From Desulfatiglandales bacterium (GTDB taxonomy: Bacteria; Desulfobacterota; DSM-4660; Desulfatiglandales; HGW-15): a stretch of 51,827 nt of DNA. Where the stretch lies: the NCBI GenBank assembly GCA_041685835.1, contig JAWLEX010000006.1, positions 1-51,827 on the forward strand. The letters run 5' to 3'. The first letter of the stretch is position 1; each line of letters begins with the position of its first letter. A program made the position numbers and the translations under genes. A model generated the notes under the pieces. The model ran no database searches. It was not told where the DNA came from and saw nothing but the letters and a program-made list of their open reading frames with translations. Below, one piece after another: positions 47,130-51,827 of the stretch.

Positions 47130-47139
47130 GAAGCAAGAG

Positions 47140-47243
47140 GCTACCAGCAAGGGGGGAGCGATCTCGTCCGAGATTCAGTGCCCCGGCTTCCCCCATGCGC
47201 CCCAAGGAGGGTGTCCGCCGAACGGCGGCCCCTCCTTCTTTTT
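47140..47243 (+). ncRNA. Candidate ~105-nt structured small RNA (or attenuator leader)
   Basis: Starts at the predicted sigma54 TSS. Stem 47151-47159/47186-47194 encloses the hairpin ATCTC-GTCC-GAGAT. Ends in an intrinsic terminator; no convincing ORF. Confidence 0.5.
47204..47243 (+). terminator. Rho-independent terminator
   Basis: AAGGAGGG..CCGCC-GAAC-GGCGG..CCCTCCTT followed by CTTTTT. Confidence 0.7.
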
Positions 47244-47437
47244 CGGATTCCCTCGAGTACCGAAATCAGGTGAGGCGATAGAAGTTTTCATTTTTCGGGC
47301 TGGGTTATGGCGAGGGACAAGCAGCATATTGATACACCCCGCAGGCCGGGGTTGTCCGGGGTTGTCTCCGGGGCCCTTTTGCTGTATCAAGTATGGGAGG
47401 GCCCGGGCTCGATTTCAAGTGCGGACAGGAGGAAGGT

Positions 47438-48823
47438 GTGACCTACACAAGGCTGAATGAAGAGCACCTGAAAAAGCTTAAAGGCATGGTGCCCCCTGAT
47501 CGAATCTCCACAGGGATCTCAAACCTGGAACTCAACGCCTGTGACGAATCCCACCACGAGCCCTGCCTCCCGGAGGTGGTTATCTGGCCGGAGAGCCCGG
47601 GTGAGGTGGCGGAGATCGTCCGCTATGCGAACAGGAACCGTATCCCCGTTACGGGCCGGGGCTCGGGGAGCAGCCTGGAAGGAAATCCCATTCCGCTCTG
47701 CGGGGGCGTGGTCCTGAACTTCAATCTCATGAACCGCATACTGGATATCCGGGCGGAGGACTTCCAGGCGGATGTGGAGCCCGGAGTGGTCTACCAGGAC
47801 CTTAATGAGAAGCTTCGACACGAAGGCCTTTTTTTCCCTCCGGATCCGGGTGCGCGTGCCACGCTGGGGGGCATGATCGCCAACAATGCGAGCGGGACGA
47901 GGACCGTGCGCTACGGTGCCACCCGCCATAACGTGCTGCGGCTTCAGGTGGTTACGGCGGGCGGGGAAATCCTCCGTATCGGCACGCGTTCGTCCAAGAC
48001 GTCGTCCGGCTTCAATCTGGTCAACCTCTTTGTGGGGTCGGAGGGCACATTAGGCATCGTGGTTGAGGCCACAGTGCGCCTGGTGGGACTGCCTGCGGCC
48101 TTTTCCGCGGCCGTGGCCTCCCTGCCCACGGTGGAGTCCTGCGGCCGGGCCGTGTTCCAGATCATGAGGGCGGGCTTGAACCCGGCGGCCCTGGAGCTCA
48201 TGAGCCCCGAGTGCATAGAGGTTATGAACCGGGAGCGCGACCTGGGACTGCCGGTTTCTCCCACTGTTTTCATGGAGTTCCACGGCGCCGCCGAGAGCCA
48301 CCTGGCGGATGTCCTGGCCATGGCGGGCGACATCTGCGAGGAAGAGGGAGGCTCCGGGTTCAGGACAGGCCTGGGACGGGAAGAGCGGGATCGCATATTT
48401 CGGGCCCGCCACGAGCTAAGCGAGATGATCCGGAGGAACCACCCGGGCCGGACCCACACCACAGCGGATGTGGCCGTTCCCATATCGGCCTATCCCGATA
48501 TCATCGCCTGGAGCCGCAGGGCCCTGGAGGAGGCCGGCATTCCCGGGTACATCTTCAGCCACGCCGGAGACGGGAACCTCCATCTGGTGTTCATGGGTAA
48601 AACGGGCGACGAGAAGGAGTGGGCCGAGATCGGACTCATCTACGACCGGCTCGTGGACCGGGCCCTGGCCTCCGGCGGTACGGCCACGGGAGAGCACGGG
48701 GTGGGTATGGGCAAGCGGAAGTACATGGAGGCCGAGCACGGATCAAGCCTTGCCTGGATGGCCCGCGTCAAGGGCCTCTTCGACCCGAACCACATCCTGA
48801 ATCCCGGAAAGGTGCTTCCTTGA
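47438..48823 (+). CDS. FAD-linked 2-hydroxyacid dehydrogenase (GlcD / D-lactate dehydrogenase family)
   Basis: AGGAGG plus GTG start; GSGSSLEG, FFPPDPG, GSEGTLG, HAGDGNLH, GEHGVG and DPNHILNPGK motifs. Confidence 0.9.
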   Translation: MTYTRLNEEHLKKLKGMVPPDRISTGISNLELNACDESHHEPCLPEVVIWPESPGEVAEIVRYANRNRIPVTGRGSGSSLEGNPIPLCGGVVLNFNLMNRILDIRAEDFQADVEPGVVYQDLNEKLRHEGLFFPPDPGARATLGGMIANNASGTRTVRYGATRHNVLRLQVVTAGGEILRIGTRSSKTSSGFNLVNLFVGSEGTLGIVVEATVRLVGLPAAFSAAVASLPTVESCGRAVFQIMRAGLNPAALELMSPECIEVMNRERDLGLPVSPTVFMEFHGAAESHLADVLAMAGDICEEEGGSGFRTGLGREERDRIFRARHELSEMIRRNHPGRTHTTADVAVPISAYPDIIAWSRRALEEAGIPGYIFSHAGDGNLHLVFMGKTGDEKEWAEIGLIYDRLVDRALASGGTATGEHGVGMGKRKYMEAEHGSSLAWMARVKGLFDPNHILNPGKVLP

Positions 48824-48927
48824 GGCCTGATCCGAACGGCTGAATGTATTGTCAACCGGCCTGCCCTGTTGTATTCTTAGCCGGGATCCTAATCAAAAGG
48901 CCCTTGCGAGGGAGAAAGGAGGTTTGC

Positions 48928-49380
48928 ATGCAGCTGACCAGCAGTGCATTCGAGCATGAAGGATTGATTCCTTCGAGGTACACGTGTGACGGGGGAAACA
49001 TAAACCCGCCGCTGAGCATTGAAGGTGTTCCGGAGAACGCCGAGAGCCTTGTCCTGATCATGGATGACCCGGACGTGCCGGTGAACGTGCGTGAGGACGG
49101 TATGTGGGATCACTGGATCGTGTTCAACATGTCACCCACCATCCACCAGCTCGCTGAAGGTAAGGAGCCCCTGGGCAGGCACGGCCGGGGGACAGGAGGC
49201 GGTACCTCCTACCAGGGACCGTGCCCTCCGGACCGGGAACACCGGTATTTTTTCAAGCTTTATGCCCTGGACGCGGAGCTCGACCTTCCGGATGGTACGG
49301 ACAAGGTGAGCGTGGAGAAGGCGATGGCGGGGCATGTGATCGACCAGGCGGTGCTGATGGGCCGTTACGAGAGGTCCTGA
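48928..49380 (+). CDS. YbhB/YbcL-family PEBP (Raf kinase inhibitor-like) protein
   Basis: AAGGAGG RBS; LIMDDPD, WDHW, YQGPCPP and HRYFFKLYALD motifs. Confidence 0.92.
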   Translation: MQLTSSAFEHEGLIPSRYTCDGGNINPPLSIEGVPENAESLVLIMDDPDVPVNVREDGMWDHWIVFNMSPTIHQLAEGKEPLGRHGRGTGGGTSYQGPCPPDREHRYFFKLYALDAELDLPDGTDKVSVEKAMAGHVIDQAVLMGRYERS

Positions 49381-49433
49381 GCCGCCCGGATGCCTCTTTA
49401 CGCTGTTTTCATTAGACCCTGGATGTGAATCAA

Positions 49434-49465
49434 GCGGGACGGTGTGGGCTGTCCCGTTTTATTTT
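49434..49465 (+). terminator. Rho-independent terminator after the ybhB-like gene
   Basis: GCGGGACGG-TGTGGG-CTGTCCCGT followed by TTTATTTT. Confidence 0.65.
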
Positions 49466-49549
49466 GGCGGCCGGGTGCAAAACCCGAACCTTAAAACATT
49501 GCGGGCGGTGAATATCTTGAACGGGAGCAGCGTGACAGGACCTGTTGAG

Positions 49550-49696
49550 GGGGAGTTCAGGCTGGACAGCCCGTTTCGAGCACCGGCCGAGAGGCTCGGC
49601 GTGGGCATCTACCTCATTCAGGACGGCCGCCTGAAATACGTGAACCGAAAGTCGGCCGGCCTGATTGCATCCGCATGTCTTTCCGGGTTTATATGA
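49550..49696 (+). pseudogene. Remnant of a PAS-domain coding sequence
   Basis: FRAPAERLGVGIYLIQDGRLKYVNRK resembles a PAS N-terminus, then stops prematurely. Confidence 0.45.
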
Positions 49697-49747
49697 TTAT
49701 GAATTGTCCGCGGGATATTCAACTGCGACAGTGTTATAGGGATCACA

Positions 49748-50731
49748 ATGGAGGATTCAGTGATTTCGGATATGACAAGTGCGGATACCTGCCGGCGTAT
49801 TGTTGAGAACATATCGCGGGTGGTCGTGGGTAAGGAGTCTGCGATTGAGATGCTCCTGGTGGCCCTTCTGGCCGAAGGTCACTTGTTGATTGAGGACGTT
49901 CCCGGTCTTGGCAAGACGCTGATCGCCAAATCCCTGGCAGGGAGCCTGAACGCCAAGTTCAAGCGGGTCCAGTGCACGCCGGACCTGCTTCCGGCCGACA
50001 TCACGGGCTTCAGCGTTTACAGCCAGCAGTCGGGCCGCTTCGAACTGCGGCATGGACCGGTCATGACCAATGTCCTCCTTGTGGACGAGATAAACCGGGC
50101 CATTCCTCGTACGCAATCCAGCCTCCTGGAGAGCATGGCTGAACGACAGGTGACCATAGACGGGCAGACCCTCCATCTTCAGAGGCCCTTTTTCGTGATC
50201 GCCACACAGAACCCTATCGAGCTGGAAGGGACCTTTCCCCTTCCGGAGGCCCAGCTCGACCGGTTTCTTCTCAAGATGCGCCTGGGCTATCCAGGCAAGG
50301 CCGAGGAGATGGAGATCCTCCGGCGGTTTCAGACAGAAGACCCCCTCGAAGTCCTTCAGCCTGTGGTCACGGTGGAGCAGGTCACCGAGCTACAGAAGGC
50401 CGTCCGCCGAATCCACGTGGCCCCGGCAATTATGGAATACATCGGTGAAATCGGCGGCGCGACTCGGGCCGGCGGGGTCTTTCGATACGGGGCCAGCCCC
50501 CGCGGGACCCTGGGGCTGATGCGGGCCGCCCAGGCCCTGGCCCTGCTGCGGGACCGTTCCTACGTGCTTCCCGACGATATAAAGCTGCTCGCCCCCTTTG
50601 TCCTGGGACACCGGCTCATTCCGGCCGAGGAGGAGCGGCTTCGCGGAAGCGAACCATCCCGGCTCCTGGAAGAGCTGATGGAACGCGTGCCTGTTCCGGC
50701 CGTTGAAGAAGGTGCTTGGAGAAGCTCATGA
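49748..50731 (+). CDS. moxR: MoxR-family AAA+ ATPase
   Basis: EDVPGLGKT, RVQCTPDLLPADITG, DEINRA, ATQNPIE, LPEAQLDRF and GASPRG motifs. Confidence 0.93.
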   Translation: MEDSVISDMTSADTCRRIVENISRVVVGKESAIEMLLVALLAEGHLLIEDVPGLGKTLIAKSLAGSLNAKFKRVQCTPDLLPADITGFSVYSQQSGRFELRHGPVMTNVLLVDEINRAIPRTQSSLLESMAERQVTIDGQTLHLQRPFFVIATQNPIELEGTFPLPEAQLDRFLLKMRLGYPGKAEEMEILRRFQTEDPLEVLQPVVTVEQVTELQKAVRRIHVAPAIMEYIGEIGGATRAGGVFRYGASPRGTLGLMRAAQALALLRDRSYVLPDDIKLLAPFVLGHRLIPAEEERLRGSEPSRLLEELMERVPVPAVEEGAWRSS

Positions 50732-51827
50732 GTTCCATCCCCACGGAGCCTCGACCTGTCCTGCGCATTCCCAGCCTGTTCATCGATCCTCTGGCCCGGA
50801 TATTTCTCTTTGTCCTGCTGTTTGTCTCCCTTCTTTTCGGCCGTACGGACCTTTCGGCCTTTTGTCTGGTCATGCTTCTCCTGTCCACCGGGGCCAAGCT
50901 CCAGCGCCGCCTGGGGGCCGGCCGCGTGGTTTGCAGGTTCCTGACCGACAAGCTTCGCGTTGTGCCCGGTGAATCCCTGGTTTTCGTCGCGGAGGCGTAT
51001 AACGGATTCATCCTTCCCATGACGGTTCGAGGCACTTTGAGCGGAGTAGGCGGGCTTTCCGGAGATGGTTGGGCCGGAGATGTCCGGGAGTGCAAGGTGG
51101 GAGGCCGACGCAGGGCCCGGCTCGAGTGGTCCCTGAAGGCACCGGGCCGGGGGGTCTACAGAATCGGCCCGCCAATGACCGAGACGGGAGACGTCTTCGG
51201 GCTGCTATTTCAGGAAACGAGCCGTGATGCGCCCCTGGAAATCGTTGTTTACCCGAAACGCTTTCCCATAGGGTCGTTTTCCCGGCGGTCAAAGGAGTTT
51301 TTCGGCAGCATTCGTGCGGAGGGCCTGATCGAGGACCCGATCAGCCCCATGGGGACACGTGAGTATCATCCGGGGCGACCGGCAAGGGCCATCCACTGGA
51401 AGGCCAGCGCGCGCTTGAACCGGCTCCAGGAAAAGGTGTTCGAGCCCAGCAGGAGGGCAAGGATCCTCTTGAGCCTGGATGTTCAAGGGTTCTGCGAGGC
51501 AGGGGATGAGGAGGGCTTCGAGGATATTCTGGAAGCCGCCGCCTCCATTGCGGTTCATCTTGTAGAGGGCGGTGTTTCCGTAGGAATGATCACCAACGCG
51601 AAGCTCAAGGGGGACTTTGCCTCCGTGGTTCCGGTCTCCCAAGGGCCGGGCCAACTCCCCACGATTCTGGAGCGAATGGCGCGAATGACCATGAAACCCG
51701 CAGTTGACATGGCTCAACTGGCCGGGTATATCCTGCCCCGGACTCCCGGGACTGGCTGCCTTCACTGTGTCCGCACCGTGGACGAGGGTGCGCTGGGGTT
51801 CGGATCATATGTCCTTGACCGCAAGAC
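50728..51827 (+). CDS. DUF58-domain protein (MoxR partner); partial, runs off the window and is absent from the ORF track
   Basis: ATGA overlap with the moxR stop; N-terminal TM segment; RGVYRIGP, GDVFGL, VVYPK and REYHPGRPARAIHWKASAR motifs. Confidence 0.88.
   Translation, partial: MSSIPTEPRPVLRIPSLFIDPLARIFLFVLLFVSLLFGRTDLSAFCLVMLLLSTGAKLQRRLGAGRVVCRFLTDKLRVVPGESLVFVAEAYNGFILPMTVRGTLSGVGGLSGDGWAGDVRECKVGGRRRARLEWSLKAPGRGVYRIGPPMTETGDVFGLLFQETSRDAPLEIVVYPKRFPIGSFSRRSKEFFGSIRAEGLIEDPISPMGTREYHPGRPARAIHWKASARLNRLQEKVFEPSRRARILLSLDVQGFCEAGDEEGFEDILEAAASIAVHLVEGGVSVGMITNAKLKGDFASVVPVSQGPGQLPTILERMARMTMKPAVDMAQLAGYILPRTPGTGCLHCVRTVDEGALGFGSYVLDRK

Noticed and set aside
47140-47243. Candidate RNA as tRNA-Sec, SRP RNA or 6S RNA
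   Set aside because: No TCA anticodon arm, T-loop or CCA end, no SRP GGAA-loop/AGCAG motif, and too short for 6S.

Overview
A GC-rich (about 60% by eye) bacterial chromosomal segment. Gene content fits an anaerobic, selenocysteine-using Desulfobacterota ('deltaproteobacterium'); this assignment is inferred from gene content only. In order, the window holds: (1) a lipase-like gene; (2) an hdrA-flxDCBA electron-bifurcation operon in which both hdrA and flxD/mvhD carry in-frame UGA (Sec) codons with SECIS-like hairpins at matching spacing, both mis-split by the ORF track, followed by a bactofilin; (3) a divergent block of two atypical FAD-linked oxidoreductases, two CCG/Fe-S proteins, coaE and three COG1237-type MBL hydrolases; (4) an acyl-CoA synthetase/lysine-acylation cluster (CoA-transferase-like domain lacking its catalytic Glu fused to GNAT, acs, stand-alone GNAT, Zn-dependent deacylase, second AcsA); (5) fba, yhaM-like, moaA, thiF; (6) an orphan binding protein plus histidine kinase; (7) the housekeeping run mfd-PPIase-PPIase-rodZ-tyrS-rpoH-TPR-lipoprotein; (8) a Cys-nucleophile alpha/beta hydrolase, a candidate sigma54-driven ~105-nt structured small RNA, a GlcD-like oxidase, ybhB, moxR and a DUF58 gene running off the edge. 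Several MITE/REP-like repeats are present, including one inserted exactly at the tyrS stop codon. No rRNA, tRNA, CRISPR array or intact transposase was seen. The best candidates for undescribed biology are the pseudo-CoA-transferase-GNAT acylation circuit and the sigma54 sRNA.
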